NCBI GenBank assembly: GCA_043228905.1
Contig: JBHGNT010000001.1
Location: forward strand, 2,418,001-2,482,000
Reading direction: 5' to 3'
DNA from: Azolla caroliniana
Lineage: Eukaryota; Plantae; Polypodiophyta
DNA length: 64,000 nt
The position numbers and the translations under genes were made by a program. Shown here piece by piece: positions 10,332-28,100 of the stretch. The notes beneath the pieces were generated by a model. The model searched no databases, was not told the origin of the DNA, and saw nothing but the letters and a program-made list of their open reading frames with translations. Position 1 is the stretch's first letter. Each line of letters opens with the position of its first letter.

Positions 10332-12688
10332 ATATTTACGTTTAAAATACTATGACGTATTCTACTCATTCTATTGTTGAGAATTTCCATTAAATTGTTT
10401 CATGTATTTTATATATTCTAATTTCTACATGACGTTTCCTAAAAATATACAAATAAAATTTCAAAAAACTTTTAAATTTAACGAGTATTTAACCTATTGT
10501 ATGTTTTAATATGTGTAGCACAAGTATTCTACAACAAGGACATGATCTTGGTTTTCATACAACTCCACATCGACTTCTTTGATCCTTTTTTTGTGTTGCG
10601 ATGTGCAAAACACTATAATGTTTTCTTTGTCAATGAAATTCTATCTCATATACATAGTGATTGCTTATGCATCTACCTCTACCTCCCTAACCCTTTCAGC
10701 TACAATTTACTTTATTGCATTGATCTATTTGGGTCACTAGAAACACCCATCTAGAAACCCACACTTGATCTACATAAAATAAGGATAAGTGAGACAATGA
10801 TGTTGTAAACTTGAGAACACAAAGCATAGCAGCCTCCACATGTTATGGGGTTGTAACTTCGATATAATATTGATTGCACCTAGTTAGTAAATCATAGCCC
10901 ATCGAGCATTGCCAAATCTAGCATTTTCTATCCTACAATTTTCTAATCTAGTATAGTTCATGCTCAACAAAAAGAGACAGGAGGAAGACTATGGATTTAT
11001 GAAGTGCCTTTAATAAACTTGATGAAGAATGAGAGAGAGAAGGGCGTAGCTCAAGTGCATATAGTGAGATTTGAAGCCTAACACATGGATAAATTTAAAC
11101 ATACAATGGTTACCAAAAAGATAAGAGATGCATGATACATTTTGGAACCACAAGGTAACGTAATTGAAGATAGGTGAAAAAGTTGTTCAAGGTAACTATC
11201 AATGACGAATTAGGAAGTTCTCAATAATGTAAAAGGTAATGCAAATAGGATAACAAAACAATACAAGAGTCTATATATAAGATATTTTTGTCTCTTTTGT
11301 GTTTGGGACTTTCATGACGGATCTTAAGCTTTATGCACAAGGTAGTATACATACGCATTAGACTAATGAGGTGGATACCCCATTTTGCAAAATATTGGGA
11401 GGGAATTTTGGTTTGTTTGTTCTACAATGTCGCAATTAGAATTACACATAGACCATGATATTTAAGTTGTTTCCACATCCACTAGATAAGCGGATAAAGA
11501 TATACTTTTTCGAGGCTTGGATGAGATAATATTAGCGTTATATGTGGGTGGACTCTTCGACGAGATATTTTCCTATAAGACAATGGATATAACCCACTAC
11601 AATAGAGACAATTGTAATGGATAAATGATGATGAAAATTGAAGGCTTTTGTGTCTACCAATCTCCTTTTGATGAAGGCAAAAGAATGCTTTGTTCATTTG
11701 GACGTCGAAAAGCAAAAAGTGTTGCATGGATGTGCGGGAGAGTGAAAGCGCGAACCATGTGTAAGTGGGAAATAAGTGCGAGAGAAAAGGGTGGTGTTCA
11801 TTTAATATGACTGATGTAAAAGCAAATGTGAAGTTTTATGAGTGAAATTTGGAAGGGGTTGAGAAAGAAAGATATATTGACGTACTTTGAGAGAGAGAGA
11901 GAGAGAGAGAGATGTTTTTTTGAGAGTGAGTGCAAATCCACAAATATGAAAGGAGGTATAGGTGTTTTAATAATAAGAGCAATGACATGAATGATGAAGG
12001 CAACAACGGCAATGTAGAAGAAACACTAGAAATAGTGACGGAAAGAATAGTGGGAAGTGTAGGTAGTGACCAACAGGCGAGAGAGATGTGGGATGTACAT
12101 AATGTGAAACATTTATATTCGACATCCCGAGTGACGAATAATAAAAGCAATCTATCTCCCTATCCTCCCGCCACCCCACTTTTAAGTATATGTATATGTG
12201 CTTGTATATGTGTAGACACACAAACACACTAAATATGTGCTTGTATGCACATGGAACGAGTGGACGAGGGCGATGGGAGTGTTTGGGCGCTTGATAGTCT
12301 GGAAAGTCTTGTCCGCTCCACAGGGGCACACATACACACACACGGACACACACATGAAATAACAAAGAGAGACAAACAAACACAATAGCGATATGACACC
12401 CCCTCTCCTTATCCTCCTTTTCATCCTCTTTCTTCTTCTTCTTCTTCTTTCTTCTTCGTTGTGGCTTTAACTGCATTTTTGTATATACATATCATATATG
12501 TATAATGTATGTATGTATAACAAACGAGGCAATAAAAGGCGTCCATTTTATCATCTCGTGTTGTCACATAACTCAACACACACACACACACACACACCAC
12601 ACACTCTCTCTCTGTGTCTGTGCGTTTCGCTGCCTTCTGTCTGCACCGGGAGCAGCAGCCCCAACCGTAGGAGGATTCGGAAGAGGAA

Positions 12689-17163
<4,475 letters not shown>

Positions 17164-17889
17164 AAAACAAACCATAGTCCCTTGCAATCGTGGATGGAAT
17201 TTCTCGACATTTAGTCTTATTTGTATCCACAAAAGGAAATTTAACAAATAGCTATGGAGCTTCAATATTTGCTGAACACCCTCAGATGCTTTCTATCATG
17301 ATTATATCACAATTAGAATAATTGTGGTGGAATGTACTAGAATAAGGTATTACTCATTTTGGCATAATCCTATTTTGGAAATCAAGAGTTTCTTTATTTT
17401 TGTTTGTTTGTTTTGAAGTAAATATTTGCAACTACAAAATTGGCACAAGTGGTGATCATAGTTCATTTGTTTTGCCACATTGGTTATCGATCAGTTATTT
17501 CTGAATATGTACTCTCCTAATGATTTCTTGAACTTGTTTGACATGTTACAATTATCTCTACCCATTTCCGCATTGTAAATTATGAGGTGTTTTCAAGATT
17601 ATTGTTTGTTAACATGAATCAAAAAGAAAAAAATGAATTGTTTATGATAAGAGCAATGATGTTCATTATGTCAAAACACTGTTTCTTACTCGGAGATAGC
17701 AAAGGGGAATAAAAAGAGTGAAAGAAACGTCCTTGACTAAAAATTTGAGGGATAAATGAACTATCAAGGTGTATAGAGACGAAGAACACCTAGACTTGAA
17801 GTGAAGTTTCCAACAATTAGAAAATAAGAGAGCTAACACATGCTACTCAAATGAAGTCTTCTAGTAAATGCATTATCTTTACAATTTAA

Positions 17890-18839
17890 ATATTGTGGTG
17901 TGCATGTGTTCCTTTGTGCCACCCTTTTAGCTCACCCTTTTTAGGATGTGTGTGCCTAAGTTGACCCACCCTTTTAGCACACCTTGTTTAGCCAACCCAA
18001 CCCAAATGGGTTCCGTTGTATCAACTATAAATTGATTAAGAAGTAAGAAGCTAAGTAGATTGGTTTTTGATCTCTTATGTGCATTTCACATATTGGTGGA
18101 GAAGCGGGGAACTAGTCCCCCACATCCAAGCATCCGCCTCTTTTGCTTCGTAGGTAGCATCGCCCTCGCCACCGTCACCAACACTCTTGTTAGTCTCTTG
18201 TAGTAATATATCACTGCCTTAGTTCACTAGTTAGGCCTCTCGATATCCATCGCTTCCTCCATCCAAGTCCTTTTTTGGCGATCGCCATCTATACCTCTCT
18301 AGCACGTAAGCCCACTACACCTTCACCTTAGACACTCTCACTTTCTCACACCACCTTTATGTCTTGCCCCACTAACTCTTCCCCCTCACCTTAGGTTGCC
18401 CACTAAATTGTCCCATGAGTTTCTCTGATCCCCCTCCTACACGATAGCCCTCTTGTCCCCCACCTCAGCCAAGTTCAGGTGGCCCTCAGTCCATAGGAGT
18501 GATTGATCTTTGCCGCCATATGATCTTTCCTTGATACCCCTCTGACACGATAGCCCTCCTGTCCCCCACCTCAGCCAAGTTCAGGTGGCCCTCAGTCCAC
18601 AGGAGCGATTGATCTTTGCCGCCATATGATCTTTCAATATGTGAAATGCACATAAGAGATCAAAACCAATCTACTTAGCTTCTTACATCTTAATCAATTT
18701 ATAGTTGATACAACGGAACCCATTTGGGTTGGGTTGGCTAAACAGGGTGTGCTAAAAGGGTGGGTCAACTTGGGCACAAGCATCCTAAAAAGGGTGAGCT
18801 AAAAGGGTTGCACAAAGGAACACATGCACACCACAATAT
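17890..18839. mobile_element. Foldback / long-TIR non-autonomous element (about 205-bp inverted arms)
   Basis: 17890-18095 is a near-perfect reverse complement of 18636-18839. The interior holds a direct repeat of about 106 bp (18427-18636). No clear TSD. Confidence 0.75.
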
Positions 18840-19559
18840 GTTTACATGCTTTTAACTATAACATTGTATCCCAAAAGTGTTTTTCTTCTTTGATGGCGAT
18901 TGTTCATCATTGTTTGAGAAACAAAAAGATAATGCAATATGATAAGTCCCTTTTGAAGGTGGGCCAAGGAATTGTATTTATGAATGTTGTGAGTTTGTAG
19001 AACATATTTCCTTGGTTCTTAAGGAGATATAAATAGGTGCAATTCAATATATAACAATGTCGTCTCTAAAGGGGAACATGGAAGATATTTTTATCACTTT
19101 CTCTAGGCATATTTGCAATTGAATGAATGAGAGAGAAAAGACAAAGTAAACGTTAGTAATTAACATCCCTTTTCTCATTTTTTTGATAGGATAACCCCTC
19201 TTTCTTTCTTGGTTTAATCATTTTGAGACTCGTTCATTAGGTTCTTCTAGTTTTGTTGACCTATAATAATAGGTAATGATATTTCATTGGACTCCTTTTC
19301 TCATGGATATGTAGTGCTTGTGTACTTTAGAGAATTATGTATTGACAAATTTGTTCATGTATACGGGTGAAAGATTCATATTATAGTTGCGATATTTAAG
19401 GAACTCGATGAGTGGACACTTGATCTAGTGATGTGTCCAACCATTGGATATATAATTTAAAGGCTTAAAGGTTGAGAAAGGAAGATGAAAAAAAACAATT
19501 GCTCTAAATCAATGTGATCTGAACTTTGAAAGTTAAGAGCTTCCATAATGAGGAAAATA

Positions 19560-20050
19560 TCAAAAGTGCCATTTGTATTGGCTTATTGACGCTTTAACAA
19601 GGTCACCATTCACATTGCCACTATAAATTTCAAGTCATATAAAGCATCTTAGTGGTACCAAATGCTTCACAAAATTGTTGAGGTTCACATAATCTTGTTC
19701 GGATTCATCTTGGGGTTGAATGGAAGAGAACATTTTACACTTGATTTGGACATTTCAACAAACAATTATGCCTTCAGTTCCACACATATGCCAACAAATT
19801 TTCAACAAGTGGGAAACGATATTTTTAATGCCTTCTTCAACATCTTCATGATAGTTTATCTAGATGACATCTTGATTCATTTATGAGGTCAAAAAGAACA
19901 TGTTTCCATGCTCGTCGAGTTTTGCAATAACTACACATGGTAGACACCATGTTGCTCATTGCATGATGTGTTATGTTCCTTAGGAATATCAAATTTCTAT
20001 TGCAAACTCATTGAGAATTAGTCAAATATTGTGTTGCGTCTCATAGAACT
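19560..20050 (+). mobile_element. Highly decayed Ty3/Gypsy reverse transcriptase remnant
   Basis: Translation contains PTNFQQVGNDIFNAFFNIFMIVYLDDILI and, downstream, FLGISNFY. Confidence 0.7.
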
Positions 20051-20353
20051 TGCATCTCCCTAGTCTGCAGCAAAACATTTCCGAATCAAGAGCATCAAAT
20101 TCCATGATGAAAGGCTTAGTTGGAGTAATTTCCAAGCTAATCTCCTAGAAGAGTGGGCGATATCTATACATGCAATTGGGTGAAATAGAGTGTAATAGCT
20201 AGCCGTATAACGCTACTTGGAAGAGGAGAGATCGTCCCGAGACCCGCATGTGTTTCTTTTCAGTATTATCATCAATGCTACCCCTTGTGTCTTTCTCTAA
20301 AACATTAGTTATATATGGCCTTTGGGCCTAACACACAACACACACTTCACTGT

Positions 20354-20385
<32 letters not shown>

Positions 20386-20531
20386 ACACACAACACACTG
20401 ATATCCATATATAGTGCTACTTGTCAGGAATAGAGCAAGCGGAGAGATCTCTCCCCTGTTGCTTTCTGGTGCGCCTTCTTGCAGCCAGAGCCTCTTTCTT
20501 TTGTTTTCTAGGGTTTTTGTTACAGAAGGAC

Positions 20532-22405
20532 ATGGATTCCCCTGTCGTTTCACAGACCATACAGAAGCATGGGAAAGGGAGAAAGATCATCGTAGCTGTT
20601 GATGAAGGAGAGCATAGCATCTACGCCCTTGAATGGGCTTTAGATACCCTCTTCGTTGGAAAGCTCACTGATGACCATCTCCTTGTTCTCTATGCAAAAT
20701 CTCCCCATTCCAATCTTAGTGGTCCAGGTATTAAGCTCTTCTTACTTCAACATTTTCTTGTGTCTGTTTGAATTCTGTATCATCATCATCATCATCATAA
20801 TCGACATTATACTTTCGAATGTTTGTCCTTCTCAAGATCCCATGGTAGTTGTTTAGTGCAATTCCATTCAATCAATGTTTGAGAATCACGAGGATATTCC
20901 TGCGTCACTATTAAATTTTCGAAGACTGAAGGAATTTGGGTATTTTCTGAAGGCAGTGGATATTCAGGTCGTTTTTGATGGCCAATGATGTTCTCCAGAG
21001 ATTTCAAGTCCCAGATGAGGGTATTCAGGTAGTTAGTTTTGAAGATGCGGCAAGGGTATGGGGGTTTTTTTCCTATAAAAATGGATGTTAATGCGAGTTC
21101 TTGATCTGTAAAACATACCGGGCAGTAGTGTTGAAGCTTTGAATCTTCATGATTATTTTTATTCCTGCCTTATTTTTGAAGGCTGGTAAGAGATTACTCA
21201 TTAGGTTTCTGGTTGCAAGACGAAATGACCGTACATTAGTTCTTCAATTACAGAGTAAAAAAACGTTTTATCAAGTCACCAGTTGCAAGAGTAAGCTATG
21301 TTTTGTTAGGTTTCCTGTTGCAAGAGTGTGGGGTGATTTGTTAGCTCTTTTATTGCAATTGCAATTGCAATTGACCATTCATTAGGTCTCAGGGTACAAG
21401 ATTTATCGACCTTTGACAGATTTCTGGTGACAAGAGTAATCAAGCACTTGTTAGGTCTTGGATTGCAAGAGTAGTGTATCTTGTTGGGTCAACATAGATA
21501 TGAAATAAATATTTTGGTGTACAATCAGAATTCCATTGCTTGATTTTACGCGTCCCTTTGTGCAGCCTTTGTTCTCACTAGTGATGCTATCGATACCCTC
21601 GAAAGATATGATGAAGGAGTCATTTCCAGGATCAAGACCACAGTAAACGAAATTTGTGCTGAGAGACAGGTAAGAAAAATGTGATGATATGTGAAAGGTA
21701 GGTATATTCAGCTTTTATCAGATGGGCTCAAGATCATTTTAGAAACCTAACGAATGCAGACAGAATAATACAGTTTTATTTTCTTATAAGCAAGGCCATA
21801 CCATATTGTTCAGGTGAATGTTGAAATCCAAGTGGTGTTGGGAGATGCACGAGATGTCATAACCGAGACCGCCAAAAAGTTCAATGCAGATTATTTGGTC
21901 ATGGGCAGCCATGGATTTGGAGCAATCAAGCGGTAAGCTCAATGTTTTCATTATTGCATAACAAGCTATAAATTATGTGAATTCCAGTATGCACTATTAA
22001 CACTATTGTGTTTCTGAGTTTTCTATCCTTCCATGATTATATACCTGTTTGCCAGTCTGTATACTATTATGTGCAAACATCTATTCTTTACAATGGATTT
22101 CAATTTTGCATGTACACTCATAATAGTGTTGAATGAAGTATTTATCATGTGCGGACTATTTCCCGTTATCCCATTTGTGGAAAGTTGACTTGTGAGCCCC
22201 TGATCTATAATCTAATCATTTTGGTGATTCCATGTGCACCTGTTATATGCATTGAATTGATTATTGATTATGTGCACAAATTTGTGGCAAGAATTTGATG
22301 GATTTTCCATGGAACAGGGCACTTTTGGGGAGTGTAAGTGATTACTGTGCTCATCATGTCTCGTGTCCGGTTGTCATTGTCAAAATGCCAGATGAAGAAG
22401 CATGA
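20532..22405 (+). CDS. Universal stress protein A-like (USP)
   Basis: Exons 20532-20727, 21566-21669, 21814-21932 and 22318-22405. Motifs RKIIVAVDEGEHSIYALEWAL, GDARDVI, DLLVMGSHGFGAIKRALLGSVSDYCAHHVSCPVVIVK. Confidence 0.95.
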
Positions 22406-25155
22406 CTTTTGGAATGTAAAATTGGATTTGTTCAACAATTATAATATTCCTTTAATTTTGTTCCCACTTTCTAAAATTCCAAGCACGGTCTTCCAGCTGG
22501 AGTTGCATAATCCATGTACCTAAGGACAATTTGCTAATTGATTTTATAATTCTAGATTCTAAATACGAAATACTATTATTTTTTGGATGACTAAATGAAT
22601 TACTGGTTTCCAAAAAGTTAGTCTTATTAAAATTAGTCTTATTAGGATTCTATTGTGGACTACAACATATTGAAGAGATCCATTATAGAAATTCTTTAAA
22701 ATGATATGAAAGTCACAATTTGGATCCTTTGCTTCTTATGTCACAAGATATTGACGTCCTTTCTACCACAAAGACATCTACAAATCCTATGAAACATGAC
22801 AAGAAAGAAAACATTACTTCAGAGAAGACATTCAGATGTTGGACATGTACCTCAAAGTACAACAATAAATGAAGATAGTTGTGAGAAAACTATGGCTTCA
22901 CTTGCAGGGCATATATAATTAATGTTTGAAGAGAAATACAATACTAATCCTTTGAAGGACTCCATCCATGCAATAAAACAGCTAGAAAATTCAACTTCAA
23001 TATAATTGATATATTACACCCTTGTGGTAAATATAACACTAACGGAATGAAGAGCTCCCTTCATGCAACAATGGTTGTAAAAACTCAAAACTTAAGAAGG
23101 TGATTGTTTTAAGAAGATAAAAATGTGTTATTTGCTAATTGGGTATCAACATTTTCATTCGTATAAGCGTGTGTTCTTTTAGAGGAGACATTTGTATGTA
23201 TGTTCAATTGTCTTTCAACATTATCAATCTCAACCCTTTGATTGATATGGGAGGTTCTATTTTTTGTAATGTTTAAGTTATGGATGAATCCATGCCTTGG
23301 TACATTTTAAAAATAGAGGTTGTTTTGTACATGTTTTAAATGAAGATTTGGGAAACATTGTTTAAATATGTATAAAAACCTTTCATGCCATACAAAGATA
23401 GATTAGGATAAACCAACAAAACAAATAATTAAGAACATAATACTAATGACCATTGTATATCCAACTCATGAATCAACACTACTTAAATATTTGGCTCTAA
23501 GTTATTGTTGTGGATAATAGATGAGCATATTAAATTATACGCAAACAAAGATGCATTTATAAACATACATTGAAATTATTTTTGATGGACAGCGATTGTA
23601 GACAAGCGATCTCACAATAACCAATTAAAAACAATAGGATTTACATGTTCACTTGTGTAAGAATTCCAACTCATGCCCAAATTTGTGTTGTATATGTTCA
23701 TTTCTTGCACATTATGTTGATCCAAATGTCGATCTCAAGGATTATAGCCATGCTTTATAGTGAACTTCTTACTTTACATTTAAAGAGACAATGAATTAAC
23801 GATCTACTTGAAAATAATTCCCACAAATCATGCAATAATATGCTTGAGTCAAAATCTAAGGAAGTAGTTGCGAATTTACACAACTCTTCCATAGGTGTTA
23901 TTGTATTGTGGTAATTTCTCTAATGTGGAAAAACCTCGGGTGTGTAGATCTAACATTATCTTCTTATTCAACCAATGGAATCTTGAAGCGAATCAAAGGT
24001 GTGTTCCTTCAACAATATTAATTTATTCTAGAGATATGATCAAGATTATAAGTATTTTCTCTCCTAAACAAAGGTAGACATCGTTGAGTTAATTTGGATC
24101 TATTTTCACCTCCAAAACAAGAGCCTTGTCATTGAAATGAACTAATAGCGGGGTATATATGCTACGAAGCTCCAAATTAAAAAGAAGAAGCTGCATTGGT
24201 CTTCATAATACATATTGATATGATGAATATTTGAGCCTCAAGTGGGTTCTCAGGTTCAAAGTTCTCTGTTTTGGAGGTTTGGGTAGATTAAATCTACAAA
24301 AATCTCCTCTATGAGTGTGTACACAAAGCCTTTGATTCAATTTATGGATAGACACCAAACTCACCGCATTATCTTCACCACACTACACGGTCTACACCTA
24401 TCCTGAGTTCTCAAATATCAGCACACTGCCCTTCTACCACTACACAAGGGCAGTCTTTCTTAGAAAGGGTACAGTGGGAGATTGTAAAAACATGAGGGTA
24501 TTTCTGGTGTTTTTTGTTTTCTACCCATTGTATTCTACAAGCAAAATATCAATCTTATAGGCATCACTTTCTTTCTGTAATGAATATATGAATGGATCCA
24601 TCGATAGAGACTCTGTTTCTTTTTTCTTTCATGGAGAAGACCACAATCGTAGGGAGCGCTGACATTACTGTCATGGAAGCTCTCCCTCCACCTTCCCTAG
24701 CTTCACAGACCAGAAAAAAATATTTAGATTTCAATTTCTCATGGAAGGAAGGGTTTAGGGATACCCTCAACAACTCCCTCTAATGAAGAAGATTCGTACC
24801 AGGATATAGAACAGAGTAGTTTGCGAAGAAGATCCGTGGAAGATAATAGAGAGCATTTGGTGAAGAAGATACATGGAGGACAGATAGAAGGCATGGAGGT
24901 TATGAGACTTTAGTGAAGAAGATTAACGGAAGATAATAACAAAGCATTTGAGATTTTAGTGAAGTAGATTAATGGAAGCACAAAACATAGCAATTGCCAT
25001 AGTGTGCCTTATTTTTCCCCACAAAAACTTTATTCCTGTTTTACTATCCTGTTTGTGATATTAAATATAATGCATTCTTTTGAATCCAGATTGAATTAAC
25101 ACAAATCAATTTGGTTTAAATTATAAGCTCTAAACCTGCTTGATTAGCAGAAGAG

Positions 25156-28100
25156 ATGAAAATGAAGAACATACAAAAAAAGGAGGAAATCAATCAGATT
25201 GCATTAGGAGGAGATGAGCTGAAGAAATTCCTCACCGTCAATGACCATCAAAAAGGTAAAAGCAGAGTCCATATATTTATCAATTTATTGCAAACTTGTG
25301 CCAAAAGAAAAGACATATATACAGGAGAACAAATTCACAGTGACATTATTAATAAGAAGTTACTCCAAAAGAGCATTATCCTAGGTAACTCATTAATCAA
25401 CATGTATGCCAAATGTGGTGAACTTGCCAGAGCTCAAGAAGTGTTTGATAAGCTTCCGAACCGGGATGTGATCTCATGGAATACCCTAATTGCTGGATAT
25501 GTTCAAAATGCATGGAGCCAAAAAGCACTACTTTTTCTTGAACAAATGCAACATAGTGGACTCTCTCCAAATGTAGTCACATATCTTAGTCTTCTAAAAG
25601 CTTGTGGAAAGATGAGAGACTTTGAGAAAGGCCAAGAAATACATGCCATGGTTTCCAGAGAGGGACTTTTAGGAAATACCACTTTAATTGGCAATGCATT
25701 GGTAGATATGTATGCTAAATGTGGCCAAGTTGGGAAAGCACAAGAAGTGTTTGATAATCTCCCAGTCCAAAACTTGGTCGCATGGAATTCTCTTATTGGA
25801 GGATATTCACAACGTGGATATGGTGAAAGCACATTTAACTCTTTTGAAGAGATGCAACTTTGTGGACCATCTCCGGATGGGATCACACTTGTGGTCATGC
25901 TGAAAGCTTGCAGCAGCATAGGATCCTTAGAGATGGGTCAAAATATTCACACTCAGATTATGCAAGGTGAATTCTTATCAAAAGATATAGTTGTTGGCAA
26001 TGCATTGATGGATATGTATGCCAAATGTGGTCAGATCTCAAAAGCACAACAAGTGTTTGACATACTTCCTATTCAAGATCTAGTCTCATGGAATGTACTA
26101 ATTTCAGGATACGCCCAATACGGATTCAGTGAAACAGCCCTAAATTGCTTTGAGCAAATGCAAGTTACAGGCCTCTCTCCAAATGTTATCACATATCTTA
26201 GCACCTTGCAAGCATGTACCAGTATAGGCAACCTAAAGAAGGGCCAAGAATTACATGTTCAGATTAATAGAAATAGTGCATTAGCAAAGGATGTTTCAAT
26301 TGGTAATGCGTTGCTTGATATGTATGCCAAATGTGATACACTAGCAAAAGCACAAGACACATTTGACCATCTTTCAATACATAATATAATCTCCTGGAAT
26401 ACATTAATTGTAATGTATTCTGAAGAGGGTCTTGGTGAAGAATCACTTGATTGCCTTGAACAGATGCAGCTGGAGGGGTTCTCGCCAAACGCATTGACCT
26501 TCACTTTTATCCTAAAAGCATGTGGTAACATGGATGCAGCTGCCAAGGGCCATGAAATACATGCAAAAATGGTGAAAACAGGCTTCTTGGATGAAAATCT
26601 CATGGTGGGCGATACTTTAATAGAAATGTATGTGAAATTTAGGTTGTTTTGTGAAGCACAACAAGTGTTTGATATGCTTACACATCGTGATATAGTTTCG
26701 TGGAATACACTTCTTGCAGGATACAACTTACACGGGCATGGCATTGAAGTGCTCAAAGTTATCCAGAAGATACTTATTGATGGTCTCTCTCCGGATGTAG
26801 TTACCTTTGTCCTTCTTTCTAAAATCTGTGGAACTACAGGGTCCATTTTCCAAGGCCATGATGTACATTTTCATACTGTAAGAGCAGGAGAGCTGGAAAA
26901 AGATAGTTTGGTTGGAAATGCATTGGTAGATATGTATGCAAAATTTCATATGCTTGCAGAAGCACAAGAAATGTTTGATAGGCTAACAGTACATGGCGTA
27001 ACCTCATGTAATGCATTAATTGCAGAGTATCTCCAACATGGCCATGGAAACGAAGCCTTGGATTGTTATGAACGGATGCAACTTGGTGGTTCATTCCCTG
27101 ATACATTTACTTTGTTTTATAGTGTAAGGGCCTGTAGCATTGTGCAAATCTCATCCAAAGGAAATGAAATATATTCTACAATCATAAAAAAGGGTTTGAT
27201 AGAAAATGGTGAAGATTTTGGAACTGCATTGGTAGACATGTATGCAAAATGTGGAGATTTTGATGCAGCAGAGGAAGTATTGTTAAGGTTTTCTGGTGAA
27301 AATGTAGCCACATGGAATGCATTAATCAGAGGGTGTAATGAACGTGGAAACTACAATAAAGCATTGGGTTCTTTTGATCAGATGCAAGTTCTTGGCCTTT
27401 CTCCCGATTCTCTCACTTTTATTTCTGCCCTGAAAGCTTGTGGCAACATTGGATCTTTGAAAAAGAGTAAACTGGTACATGATGTGATCACCAAAGAGTC
27501 ATTTGAAAAAGATATGCTTATCTCCAATGCCATAGTACACATGTATGCCAAATGTGGTGCACTTGCGACAGCCCAAGAAGTGTTTGACAATATTTCATTT
27601 CCAGATCTTGTCGCTTGGAATACATTACTTGGTGGATACGTCCAACATGGGTATGCAAAAGAGGTACTCCATTGTTTCCAACAGATGCAACTCTGTAGCA
27701 TTTCTCCTAATGCCACTTCCTTCATTTGTTGCTTGAAAGCTTGTGGCAGTGGTAGGATAGCTTTCAAAGGTAAACAAGCGCATGCTATAACTTCTACTTG
27801 GCCGATAGGAACAGACGTTACATCTTGTAGCACGCTGGTTAATATGTATGCCAAATGTGGTCATTTTAGGGAAGCACAAGAGATGCTTGATCAGCTTTCA
27901 GTTAAGGATTTAGTTTCCTGGACAATGCTTATTGCAGGATATGCTGAGAATGGCCATGGTGAAGAAGCACTTACCTGTTTTGGACAGATGCAACAGGAGG
28001 GCATCTTGCCAGATGTAGTTTCTTTTATTTGCACTTTGAAAGCCTGTACCATTATAGAATCCTTAGGTAAAGGTAAAAAGATACATTGCCAGGTTAAAAT

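Noticed and set aside
22900-24250. Possible ancient Copia RT/RNaseH remnant
   Set aside because: Only faint motif echoes, too decayed to support by eye.
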